From an uncultured Nitrososphaerota archaeon (lineage in GTDB: Archaea; Thermoproteota; Nitrososphaeria; Conexivisphaerales; DTJL01): 64,000 bases of DNA. The translations under genes were made by a program, and so were the position numbers. The DNA is taken from assembly GCA_963842885.1 (NCBI GenBank), contig CAWJIE010000002.1:32001-96000 (forward strand). Direction: 5' to 3'. The notes below the pieces were generated by a model. It saw only the letters and a program-made list of their open reading frames with translations. It had not been told where the DNA came from and ran no database searches. Shown here piece by piece: positions 1 through 8,832 of the stretch. The first letter of the stretch is position 1, and every line of letters starts with the position of its first letter.

Positions 1-506
1 ATGAAGATGACCGTTGCAAAAGGCCATACAGAAGTGCCGAACGCAAGAGAAAAGGCTGCCAGTAGGCTGGCGGCGGGCGGACCGTAGTACCTGCATATCT
101 TGTATACGATGACGGTGGCCAACGAAGCCGCAAAGGCTAGGAACGCTTCGTCCAACAAAGCCGCGTTACCGAACGTCGTAAATGAACCTCCGTCCAAGAC
201 GAATCCCAGCGCCGCAAAAGGCAGCGACAGTACCGCGAAGCCAGGCGAGATTGCACTGTAGTAGTGGCCGTTGAGGAGCCCCTTGTCGACCGTCTGCACG
301 ATCAGCTGCCCCGGCGTCCCTAAGCTAAAGGAGTGATACTCCCAGAGGGCGTATTGGGTCCCAAGGATGCTCGCAGGGTAGTCGCTGGATATGAAGGTGT
401 TCAGGGACAGCAAGAAGACAGATAGCGGGATGAGGAAAGCTAGAATGAGGTACGGCCTCTCTCCCCAATCCAACGGAATGCGAGAAGCGTCAGAAGTTGT
501 TGCCAA
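1..506 (-). CDS. Partial multi-pass membrane protein, GT-C/PMT-like glycosyltransferase (runs off window)
   Basis: Manual minus-strand translation from TTG 506 gives ...LAFLIPLSVFLLSL...GHYYSAISPGFAVLSLPF...FGTSVWPFATVIF. The frame is open to the window edge and has several hydrophobic helices. Confidence 0.55.
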   Translation of the reverse strand, partial: MATTSDASRIPLDWGERPYLILAFLIPLSVFLLSLNTFISSDYPASILGTQYALWEYHSFSLGTPGQLIVQTVDKGLLNGHYYSAISPGFAVLSLPFAALGFVLDGGSFTTFGNAALLDEAFLAFAASLATVIVYKICRYYGPPAASLLAAFSLAFGTSVWPFATVIF

Positions 507-712
507 TCAGGGCAGGGTTCCCAGTACGTTGTGGGAAGCCGCAGTCCCATAAGCCTATCGAACTTCAGTTTCAACAGGCTGCACGGTTGAGGCCTACTTC
601 TCTTCACGCTCAGTATTGATCTCAATACGTTGAAGATGAGTGAATGAGGGTTCGGTCTCTGCCGCCGTCTCACGGAGAACTATGACGATTCTTATCCAAG
701 ACCTCAACAAAA

Positions 713-826
713 CTAGGTTTGTCTAAGGAACCTCTTCAATTGCCAAAAACAGCGGCTCTTCGTGTTTGCCTAACCTACAGGTTGGGCAGACTCAAGACCG
801 AGTCAGCCCGTTCGCAGGTCCAAGCC
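713..826 (+). repeat. Junction site, type A arm + core (copy 1)
   Basis: CTAGGTTTGTCTAAG box at 713, inverted repeat GTTTGCCTAAC-CTACAG-GTTGGGCAGAC at 764-791, then GTCAGCCC and TTCGCAGGTCCAAGCC at 811-826. Aligns with 13049-13167. Confidence 0.85.
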
Positions 827-848
827 GCTCAATACAAAAAGGAGAAGA

Positions 849-1394
849 GTGATACCTTGTCTTGGCGTGGGACGTTTGAGTAGAACGCATAGGGGCATCG
901 GAAGGGTAGTACTAGTCGGCTTCGTCGTGTTGGTGGTCCTCATTTCGATTTCAACCGTATGGGCCCTGGGGAGCTACGTGCGGAAGCCTTCGGAAGAGGG
1001 GTTCGGGATCTACTCCCTCAAGGACAATACCCTGTTGATCTCTGATGCCGACGTCCTTTCATACAATTGGACCAGTCAGGAGATGGCTATCACCGCTCAA
1101 GCCTCCGAGAGGTTGAACCAGACGGAAGACCTCTACGGTTACTTGCCAGGGTTTGTAGTCAGGGTAGATGGAGTGGAAGTGTACCGCGGTATCTTCAGAG
1201 AGATCACCATGAATGCGATACCGGCTTCTCCGAATATCTCTATAATATTCCCTTCCGTGATCCTTCCGTCTGGATCAGCAAACTACGGGGCCATCCGGTG
1301 GTTCTTCCCATTCTTTCAGCCACCGAGCGACCAACCAGCGAACAACACGAAGCTCCTTCAGTACTTCGAGAAGGCACAGAAACTAGTACACTAG
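849..1394 (+). CDS. Hypothetical membrane-anchored/secreted protein
   Basis: 181-aa ORF with an N-terminal hydrophobic helix, bracketed by junction sites. The start codon is uncertain. Confidence 0.7.
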   Translation: MIPCLGVGRLSRTHRGIGRVVLVGFVVLVVLISISTVWALGSYVRKPSEEGFGIYSLKDNTLLISDADVLSYNWTSQEMAITAQASERLNQTEDLYGYLPGFVVRVDGVEVYRGIFREITMNAIPASPNISIIFPSVILPSGSANYGAIRWFFPFFQPPSDQPANNTKLLQYFEKAQKLVH

Positions 1395-1422
1395 CAGGAA
1401 AATCGCGCCGAGCGCGGACGCT

Positions 1423-1496
1423 CCAGTCAATTAACCTACCGTTTTCAATAACACAGAGATGAACGAGGTCAGGCCAATTTTCGCAGGTCCAAGCCC
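1423..1496 (+). repeat. Junction site, type B arm + core
   Basis: CCAGTCAATTAACCTACCGTTTTCAATAACACAGAGATG...GTCAGGCC...TTCGCAGGTCCAAGCCC. Aligns with 13519-13591 and 62792-62858. Confidence 0.85.
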
Positions 1497-1587
1497 AGGC
1501 CTCTATACTGGGAGATGGATGATTGTTCAAGGACGCAAGATTGTTCCACTTAGTTTATAGCGCCAATCGAAGGCGCGAGGGACTACA

Positions 1588-1905
1588 ATGCCGAAATACG
1601 TCGTCATTTCAAATCATCCTCCCGAAAGCTGCCCTTCAGCGAATGGAGTCCTAATGCAGAGGACCAAGACGATGGAGAAGGATCTGGGTCCGTTCCTGGA
1701 GAAATACAAGGTCAAGCCGGAAGTCATACACCATCTCGATCCGGGCCACAAGATGCTCTGGGTTTTGGAAGCACCCAACGCTGAAGCCGTCAGAGACATG
1801 ATTTACGCGAGCGGCCTGTCTCAGTGGAACGACTTCGAATTCTACATGGCTTCGACCTTGGGCCAGATACTCAGCTGGACCGAGAAGCTGCAGCCTGTAT
1901 GGTAG
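1588..1905 (+). CDS. Small hypothetical protein (DUF3303/GYD-like ferredoxin fold)
   Basis: 105 aa with motifs YVVISNHPPESCP and HKMLWVLEAPNAEAV. TTTATA lies upstream at about 1554. Confidence 0.7.
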   Translation: MPKYVVISNHPPESCPSANGVLMQRTKTMEKDLGPFLEKYKVKPEVIHHLDPGHKMLWVLEAPNAEAVRDMIYASGLSQWNDFEFYMASTLGQILSWTEKLQPVW

Positions 1906-1988
1906 AGTAAACGGTCGTCAAACCCCGTTCTTTTTGCATCCTAGGAAAGCTGGGTACCGGATGGTCTGTGTCGCATTCATCTTCCACT

Positions 1989-2016
1989 GTCAGCACATTC
2001 TCGCAGGTCCAAGCCC
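1989..2016 (+). repeat. Junction site, core only
   Basis: GTCAGCACATTCTCGCAGGTCCAAGCCC. Confidence 0.85.
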
Positions 2017-2035
2017 GCGTCCTGACTGAATTCGT

Positions 2036-2118
2036 CCAATTATCAAATTGTCCTCAATAACATAAAGATGATTAACCTATTGAGGCATCAGTGTGCCTCT
2101 TTCGCTGGTTTGAACCCC
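2036..2118 (+). repeat. Type B arm with degenerate core (TTCGCTGGTTTGAACCCC) at the start of the 676-bp duplication
   Basis: CCAATTATCAAATTGTCCTCAATAACATAAAGATGA closely matches 13525-13560. Confidence 0.65.
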
Positions 2119-2782
2119 GCTTCCGGTGCTCCTATCCCGGCCGGAGCGCTACATGCCATGATTCCATCTCAAGCTGCGCACTGGCGCGGCAATGCTACCC
2201 GGGACCATCTTGTCTACAAGCGCAGGCCGACCGACGCAAGGAGGAACGGACCGGCGAGAATGCCCCGCGTCAGCAGGCTCGTATCAAGGGGTGGGTTCGG
2301 GGCGAAAGAGCCGGGGCTTGTCGCCCGCCTCCTCGATCGCCCATATGACGGGGAGGCAAGGGTGTTCGAAGGCGTCCGGCGAGCCCTCCTCCACCGGGCA
2401 TCCGGTGACGCACCGGTCGAGCCTCGGGTCGACCGGACAGCGCCGGAGCTCAGGGCCCTGGAGGAGCCTCTCCTCATCCAGGAGCTTGCCGCAGTCCGCG
2501 CAGTAGGTGCGCACGACGAGGAAGTTGCCGTCCGCCGCCTTCTCGCCGCGGACCCTCACGTGCTTGCAGTCGGCGTCATGGGAGGAGGGAGCTGGCTCGG
2601 AACCGCGGAAGGAACGATCTCTTGACCTACGGAGGGAGTCGGACACGCCCCGAGCACTTGGACACGAAGTTGAGTTTCATGCTATTAAGCGTTGGGAGCA
2701 CAGACATCGGGCTGCACGCCTGCCCTGGCGGCGACAGTCGCCGAAGGAATTGGGCTCAGCAGGGAGGGTCCAGGAGGATGGG
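2107..2782 (+). repeat. 676-bp direct repeat, copy 1
   Basis: High-identity match to 18731-19406 at a constant offset of 16624. Confidence 0.95.
2284..2646 (-). CDS. Small Cys-rich hypothetical protein (putative Zn-binding: CKH...CADC...C...C...C)
   Basis: The ORF is intact in both repeat copies and the Cys/His pattern is conserved. Confidence 0.5.
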   Translation of the reverse strand: MSDSLRRSRDRSFRGSEPAPSSHDADCKHVRVRGEKAADGNFLVVRTYCADCGKLLDEERLLQGPELRRCPVDPRLDRCVTGCPVEEGSPDAFEHPCLPVIWAIEEAGDKPRLFRPEPTP

Positions 2783-2988
2783 AAGGAGCAGAACCGTTCG
2801 TTGCTCTCGGAATTGCGTGGGGGAGGAGGAGGACCAGGCTGCGCGCGGAGTGGACCTCGGGTGATACCACGAAGCGCTTCTTCGATCACGTGCCAAAGAA
2901 GAGGGCCAGGAAACCATGACCCGATGCCGAGGAAGGTCACCTTCCTCAGCTAGGAGGACACGCCCATGCAGCGGGCCATGGAGATTCA

Positions 2989-4506
2989 GTGGCTGGTAAC
3001 CTCAGCCAATGGAGTGGTTCTAAGGAGGCCTCCCGTGACCCCGACTCCGTGCGGTCAGAACAGGCCGGTCTGTACAGGTGGACCGTGCTCCTGATAACGT
3101 CCATCGGGGCCTTCATGACGCCGCTCGACAGTACCATAGTGAGCGTATCCCTTCCCTCCATCGCCCAGGGGCTGAAGATGGACTACGAGTCGGTCATATG
3201 GGTGCCTACCGCGTATCTCGTCGCCCTGACCGTGCTACTCCTGAGCCTGGGGAGGCTCTCCGACAGCAGGGGAAGGAAGCCGATTTTCATTTCAGGGTTC
3301 GCCATCTTCTCGGTATCCTCCTTCCTCTGCGGCAACGCGTCCAGCGGCCTCGAACTGGTCGTGTTCAGGGCCATCCAGGGGGCCGGGGCGGCCTTCATAG
3401 GGGCCACCTCGACGGCCATAATCACGGACACCTTCCCTTCGAGTGAGAGGGGGAAGGCGCTGGGCATCAACACGATGTCCGTCTACGTGGGCCTCTCGGT
3501 GGGCCCCAGCCTGGGAGGCTTCCTGACGTTCGCCTATGGCTGGCGCTCGATATTCTACGTCAACGTGCCCATCGGGCTGCTCGTGATAGCGCTCGCGCTA
3601 ACCAGGTTGAAAGAGTCCCCCGTCCTCGGTCCCAGGAAGGGATTCGACCTCCTGGGAGCGGGCACCTTCTCCGCGGGGCTCGTAGCCGTGCTCGTCGGCC
3701 TGACGGTGGGGGACAGCCTGGGCTGGGGATCGCCTTTCATAATCGGGCTTCTGGCGACCGGCGGGCTCCTCCTGATCTCCTTCGCCGCCATCGAGAGGGG
3801 AAGGGGGACAAAGGCCATGCTAGACCTCTCCCTCTTCACCGGAAATCGGCTCTTCGCGGCGGCGAACCTCTCCGCCCTGCTGAACTACACCTCCTACTTC
3901 GGGGTGAGCTTCTTCATCTCCTTCTACCTACAGAGGGTCCTGGGATACGACGCCCTCCGGGCAGGCCTGGTGCTCCTCGTGATGCCGGTCTGCATGGCGT
4001 TGCTCTCGCCCGTCAGCGGTTGGCTGTCGGACAGGTTCGGCTCGCGCGGCCTCAGCTCGCTGGGCATGGCCCTGATCGCCTCAGGGCTCCTCATGATGAG
4101 CACCCTGGGCATCTCCTCGCCTTCGACCCAGGTGATCTCAGGCCTCCTCGTCATAGGTATCGGCATGGGGCTCTTCTCCTCCCCCAACACAAGCGCCGTG
4201 ATGGGCTCCGTGGAGAGGGATAAGCTGGGGGTCGCCAGCGGGACGCTGGCCACGATGAGGTTCAGCGGCCAGTCCCTGAGCCTCGCTTTGATGGGGGCCG
4301 TGGTGGCCAGCGCGGCGTCCGCGGGCCTCCTGTCTTCGCTGTTCACCGGCGTGGGGACCTCTCAGCTGAACGTCGCCGCGGGCTCCTTCGTCGAGGGAAT
4401 GAGGAGGGCCTTCATGGTCTCCGCGGTCATCGCAGCCATGGGCTTCTTCACCTCCCTGCAGCGCGGGGCAAAGGGACGTGGGGAGCAGGCCGCTCACGTT
4501 CCCTAG
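2989..4506 (+). CDS. MFS drug:H+ antiporter, DHA2 (EmrB/QacA) family
   Basis: Motifs LDSTIVSVSLPSI, GRLSDSRGRK and WRSIFYVNVPIG; about 14 TM helices. Confidence 0.93.
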   Translation: MAGNLSQWSGSKEASRDPDSVRSEQAGLYRWTVLLITSIGAFMTPLDSTIVSVSLPSIAQGLKMDYESVIWVPTAYLVALTVLLLSLGRLSDSRGRKPIFISGFAIFSVSSFLCGNASSGLELVVFRAIQGAGAAFIGATSTAIITDTFPSSERGKALGINTMSVYVGLSVGPSLGGFLTFAYGWRSIFYVNVPIGLLVIALALTRLKESPVLGPRKGFDLLGAGTFSAGLVAVLVGLTVGDSLGWGSPFIIGLLATGGLLLISFAAIERGRGTKAMLDLSLFTGNRLFAAANLSALLNYTSYFGVSFFISFYLQRVLGYDALRAGLVLLVMPVCMALLSPVSGWLSDRFGSRGLSSLGMALIASGLLMMSTLGISSPSTQVISGLLVIGIGMGLFSSPNTSAVMGSVERDKLGVASGTLATMRFSGQSLSLALMGAVVASAASAGLLSSLFTGVGTSQLNVAAGSFVEGMRRAFMVSAVIAAMGFFTSLQRGAKGRGEQAAHVP

Positions 4507-4536
4507 GAGGATCGTCCGGCCTCTCATGCATAGGCC

Positions 4537-4698
4537 ATGTCGAGCAACACGGACGGCCGGAAGGACATCACCTCCAACTTCCGAGGCACCCTCGTTCCCG
4601 AGTTCCCGGGGTCTCTAGCATCATTCGCTCTGGTAATCGGCGCGCTCATGGCCATGGTCATCGAACGCAAGGTGGGGCCTCAGCACGGTTCGGTTTGA
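4537..4698 (+). pseudogene. Orphan C-terminal fragment with PEF-CTERM-type sorting signal
   Basis: Translates to MSSNTDGRKDITSNFRGTLVPEFPGSLASFALVIGALMAMVIERKV: VPEF motif, TM helix, basic tail. Confidence 0.55.
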
Positions 4699-4811
4699 AC
4701 ATGGCATCCTATGTCCCTATCTCGGCAATGACACGAATCTCTGAAGTCAGCAGGTAGGGTCCAGGAGGATGGGCCCCGAGCCAATCAGCTTCAGTATCGG
4801 GACGGCGCAAG

Positions 4812-4875
4812 AGAGAGAAGGCCTCCCTGTGCTCCACCCAGGAGAAGGCGCTCCAGGAGGCGGTGTGGAAGATTG
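4812..4875 (+). repeat. ~60-bp imperfect direct repeat left of the AbiE-like pair
   Basis: GGAGAAGGCGCTCC(A/G)GGAGGCGG(T/C)GTGGAAGAT is shared with 6250-6315. Confidence 0.75.
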
Positions 4876-4978
4876 CTCGTTTGTCGAGCCCCCGGCCTGC
4901 CTCCCATTGGAAGCGGCGAGCGGGCAAGGAATGTGTACCCAACTTATATTTATATATAAGTTCGGTCAGACCTCCGCC

Positions 4979-5641
4979 ATGGAGCAAATGCCGCTTCACG
5001 TCAGGCTCAGGAAGAGAGGACATAGAGAGGTGGCCATGGCCCAGGACCTTCTGGTCTCGGCGGCATACGATGCCTTCCCCGCTCTTGTGCTTCATGGAGG
5101 GACCGCCATCTGGAGGTGCTACGGGGGGAGCAGGTTCTCCGAGGACGTGGACGCCTACCTTCCGCCGCCGGTGGGAGGGGATGCCATGCCCGCGCTGAAA
5201 GACGTGCTGGTCGCGAGGGGGTTCGTAGTCCTGAAGCTCAAGAGGAGCAGGAACGCCATCTACGCACGGCTTTCGTACGCCGACGCTGAGGTGCGCTTCG
5301 AGGCCCTTGTCAAGGAGCCAGGAGCCTCGGTGGTCCGCACGTTCGAGATGGTCGACGGGTCCCGGATTGCCGTCAACACCCTCTCCCCGGAGGCCCTCTT
5401 GGCAGAGAAGGCCAGGGCCTACGTCGACAGGAGGAAGGTGAGGGACCTCTTCGACGTCTTCTTCCTCCTGAGCCTCGCCTCTAGGGGCCCGGAAGTGGAG
5501 GCAAGCGTTGGGGAGCTCATCGACGGGTTCGTTCCACCGGTGGACGAAAGGGCGCTGAAAGCCCTGGTAATCTCCGGGGCAGTCCCCACTACGGAGGGGA
5601 TGGTGGAGGCGATTCGCTCATGGGCAAGAAGGTCCACATAG
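4979..5641 (+). CDS. AbiEii/AbiGii-family nucleotidyltransferase toxin (type IV TA)
   Basis: Motifs LVLHGGTAIWRCY, RFSEDVD, LLAEK and RDLFD. An AT-rich TATA region lies at 4944-4959. Confidence 0.88.
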   Translation: MEQMPLHVRLRKRGHREVAMAQDLLVSAAYDAFPALVLHGGTAIWRCYGGSRFSEDVDAYLPPPVGGDAMPALKDVLVARGFVVLKLKRSRNAIYARLSYADAEVRFEALVKEPGASVVRTFEMVDGSRIAVNTLSPEALLAEKARAYVDRRKVRDLFDVFFLLSLASRGPEVEASVGELIDGFVPPVDERALKALVISGAVPTTEGMVEAIRSWARRST

Positions 5642-6198
5642 ACGCCGTCCGCGCCTTCATCAAAACCACACCGGTCTTCAGGGCCAGGGACGTCGAGGTC
5701 ATAGCCGGTGACAGGCGGTACACCCACCTCCTGCTGCACAACATGGCGAGGCGAAGGGAGATCGTGAGGCTCACGAGGGGCTTCTACTCCCTGGAGGGGG
5801 ACCCTGTCCTTTCGGTGTTCTGCTTCAGGCCGGCCTACATAGGGCTCCAAGAAGCCCTGAGCATGAGGAACCTCTGGGAGCAGGAGACGAATGTCGTGAT
5901 AGTCACGGCGGCCAGCGCGAGGGCAGGGGTGCGGGAGGTGGCCGGAAGCAACGTCGTGGTGCGCCCCATCCCCGTCGGTCAATTCTTCGGCTACGAGTTC
6001 CTTCCGTACGGAGAATATAGAGTGCCAGTCTCGGACCCAGAGAAGACCCTCATCGACCTTGTGAGCCTCGGCGAGGCCTCTGACGTGGGGTCGCTCGGAG
6101 AGCTGTTGGGCGCCGTGAGCAGAGGGAAGGTTCGGGAGTATCTTGCGGCCTACCCGGCGCCGGTTCGACAATCAGTGCTGAGCCTCCTGGAGACTTGA
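5620..6198 (+). CDS. AbiEi-like antitoxin / wHTH regulator
   Basis: N-terminal wHTH (IVRLTRGFY), PAYIGLQEALS and VSDPEKTLID motifs. Overlaps the toxin stop codon. Confidence 0.82.
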   Translation: MGKKVHIDAVRAFIKTTPVFRARDVEVIAGDRRYTHLLLHNMARRREIVRLTRGFYSLEGDPVLSVFCFRPAYIGLQEALSMRNLWEQETNVVIVTAASARAGVREVAGSNVVVRPIPVGQFFGYEFLPYGEYRVPVSDPEKTLIDLVSLGEASDVGSLGELLGAVSRGKVREYLAAYPAPVRQSVLSLLET

Positions 6199-6249
6199 GC
6201 CCCGAGGTCGATCTTGTCCGCTGTCAAAATGGAAGCCTAGGGGCGGAGG

Positions 6250-6315
6250 GCAAAAGGGCCTCTCTGTTGGCCACTCGGGAGAAGGCGCTCCGGGAGGCGG
6301 CGTGGAAGATGACGC
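6250..6315 (+). repeat. ~60-bp imperfect direct repeat right of the AbiE-like pair
   Basis: Matches 4812-4875. Confidence 0.75.
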
Positions 6316-6568
6316 ACTTGTGACTCCTCTGCATCGGGGATGCTGACGAACCAGGGGGTGCCCGGCGCCCTTCTGGTAGGGGTTCAGAAGGTCCTCCCCC
6401 TGCTGCGTCGAGGCCCGCATCGGGGGTCGCCCGGCGCATACCCTGGCATCGAAAGGTTCCTGATCGCGCTGCAGGGACCGGGCCGGCGAAGGGGATGACA
6501 TTCGGTCGAGAGAAGACCTATATGTCGAAGGCGCGTGATTGCAGGTGGAAACTTAGTAGGTGAACCTG

Positions 6569-8191
6569 ATGGCGTCAAATTCGTCTTCACTCCCCGTGAT
6601 CGTGCTGAAAGGGGGGTCGACGGAGGCAAAGGGAAGGGAGGCCCTGCAGAACAACATAAACGCCGCCAAGCTGGTGGCGGAGCTGGTCGAGTCCTCACTG
6701 GGCCCGAGGGGGATGGACAAGATGCTCGTCGACAGCATGGGGGACGTCACCATAACCAACGACGGGGCCACGATGCTCAAGCAGATGGACATACAGCATC
6801 CAGGCGCCAAGATGCTGGTCGAGATCGCCAAGGCGACGGACAGCGAGGTGGGGGACGGCACCACCTCCGCGGTCATCCTGGCCGGCTCGCTCTTGGAGAA
6901 GGCCGAGGAGCTCCTCGACAAGGACGTCCATCCCAACATCATCGTTGACGGCTACACCCTGGCTTCGGAGAAGGCGCTGGAAATCCTGGCAAAGATCGCC
7001 ATCAAGGTGGACCCGACCAACAAGGAGTGGCTCGTCAAGGTATCTAAGACGAGCCTGGCTTCGAAGCTTGTGTCCCAGGAGAGCGAAGAGCTTTCGAACA
7101 TCGTAGTGGACGCCGTCCTCCATGTGGTGGAGAAGTCCGGAGAGAAGCTGAAGGTGGACATCGACAACGTCAAGGTCGAGAAGAAGCCCGGGAAGTCCCT
7201 CAGCGACACTTCTCTCATCAATGGGATCATCATAGACAAGGAGGTCGTCCACGCGGGCATGCCGAAGAAGGTGGAGGGGGCGAAGATCGCGCTTCTCAAC
7301 TCGCCTCTTGAGATCGAGAAGACCGAGATGAGCGCCGAGATCAGGATATCCGACTCCACCAAGATGAAGTCCTTCCTCGACGAAGAGACGAGGATGCTCA
7401 AGGGGATGGTGGACAAGGTCGCCGAAGTAGGCGCGACCGTAGTATTCTTGCAGAAGGGCATCGACGACATCGCCCAGCACTATCTCGCGAAGGCCGGGAT
7501 AATGGCGGTCCGCCGCGTGAAGGAGAGCGACATGACCCGCCTCGCCAAGGCCACGGGAGGGAGGATGGTCACCAACCTGAGCGAGCTGACAGGCGACGAC
7601 CTGGGCTACGCCGGGCTGGTGGAGGAGAGGAAGGTAGAGCAGGACAAGTGGGTCTTCGTCGAGGGCTGCAAGAACCCCAAGGCCGTCAGCATACTCCTGA
7701 GGGGAGGCACCCAGAGGGTGGTGGACGAAGCTGAAAGGGCCGTCCACGACGCGATAATGGTGGTCAAGGACGTGATAGAGAAGCCCTCCGTCGTCTGCGG
7801 AGGAGGGGCCCCGGAGGCCGAGATCGCCCATCGCATCAGGAGGTGGACTCACACGCTGTCAGGGAGGGAGCAGCTGGCAGCGCAGGCCTTCGCCGACGCC
7901 CTGGAGGTCGTCCCGCTGACCCTGGCGTCGAACGCGGGCATGGACCCCATCGATACGCAGGTGGACCTTCGGGCGGCGCACGCGAAGGACAGGACCTGGG
8001 CCGGGATCAACGTGTTCGACGGGAAGGTCGGCGACATGGAGAAGGAGGAGGTCTTCGAGCCCACGGTGGTGAAGTCCCAGATCATAAAGTCGGCGACTGA
8101 GGCCGCGGTCATGATCCTGAGGATCGACGACGTCATCGCTTCGAAGGGAATGGGGAGGGAGGGCGGAGGCCCGCCCCCTGGCGGCATGTAG
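6569..8191 (+). CDS. ths: Thermosome subunit (group II chaperonin)
   Basis: Motifs LGPRGMDKML, TITNDGATML and EVGDGTTS; GGM-type tail. The subunit class was not determined. Confidence 0.97.
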   Translation: MASNSSSLPVIVLKGGSTEAKGREALQNNINAAKLVAELVESSLGPRGMDKMLVDSMGDVTITNDGATMLKQMDIQHPGAKMLVEIAKATDSEVGDGTTSAVILAGSLLEKAEELLDKDVHPNIIVDGYTLASEKALEILAKIAIKVDPTNKEWLVKVSKTSLASKLVSQESEELSNIVVDAVLHVVEKSGEKLKVDIDNVKVEKKPGKSLSDTSLINGIIIDKEVVHAGMPKKVEGAKIALLNSPLEIEKTEMSAEIRISDSTKMKSFLDEETRMLKGMVDKVAEVGATVVFLQKGIDDIAQHYLAKAGIMAVRRVKESDMTRLAKATGGRMVTNLSELTGDDLGYAGLVEERKVEQDKWVFVEGCKNPKAVSILLRGGTQRVVDEAERAVHDAIMVVKDVIEKPSVVCGGGAPEAEIAHRIRRWTHTLSGREQLAAQAFADALEVVPLTLASNAGMDPIDTQVDLRAAHAKDRTWAGINVFDGKVGDMEKEEVFEPTVVKSQIIKSATEAAVMILRIDDVIASKGMGREGGGPPPGGM

Positions 8192-8337
8192 GGAAGTTCC
8201 TTTCACGTTTCTCCGGATCTGTCAAGGCCCAGCGTCTGCTGGCCTAGGAACTGGAGAAAATCCCGGTGCGTCTGCCAACCTTTTTAATGTAACTCGTTCT
8301 AATTCATAGGATGTCGGACATCTTCTGGTGACCCGTT

Positions 8338-8658
8338 TTGTCCTCTAGGAGGGAAACGTTCCCCGGCGACCAGGCCGCGCAGACGGAGCGCTGCCCACGT
8401 TGCGGCAGGCGACCCATGGTCATCGACTCTGCCAAGGGAGAGATGGTCTGCAGCTTCTGCGGATTCGTCGTCAAGGAACGCATCGAGGAGACGGGTCCGG
8501 AGTGGCGCGCGTTCTCCAAGGAGGAGAAGGATGACAGGAGCAGGGTGGGGATCCCCGCTTCTCTTGCCATGCACGACATGGGCCTGGCTACGGTCATCGG
8601 CTCGGAGAACAGGGATGCCTCTGGAAGAAACCTGACATGTGCGTCAGGACGTGCGTAA
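8338..8658 (+). pseudogene. tfb: Truncated transcription initiation factor IIB (Zn ribbon + B-reader only)
   Basis: CPRC...CSFCG, ETGPEWRAFS, SLAMHDMGLATVIG and NRDASG are present. Homology stops at about 8633 and there are no cyclin repeats. Confidence 0.85.
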
Positions 8659-8832
8659 GGTCGTATTCGTACGCCTACGACCTGAACCCCCTGAACCTCG
8701 TGGACCTCGTCGGTGACGCGAGGATCCAGCTCAACCAGAGGGTATCGGCGCCCCCCTGAGGGGACGCGGCCGAACAGAGAAACCACGAAGTATTTGAGAG
8801 CGGGCGTGCCAGCCGCTGGAGAGTAAGCCCCG

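Noticed and set aside
713-2118. Canonical integron
   Set aside because: No intI gene is in the window, cargo genes lie in both orientations across arrays, and most sites lack attC structure. Kept only as an analogy.
2107-2140. ISCR/IS91 oriIS-like sequence (GGTTTGAAC...TCCTATCCC)
   Set aside because: The spacing does not match oriIS and no HUH transposase is visible.
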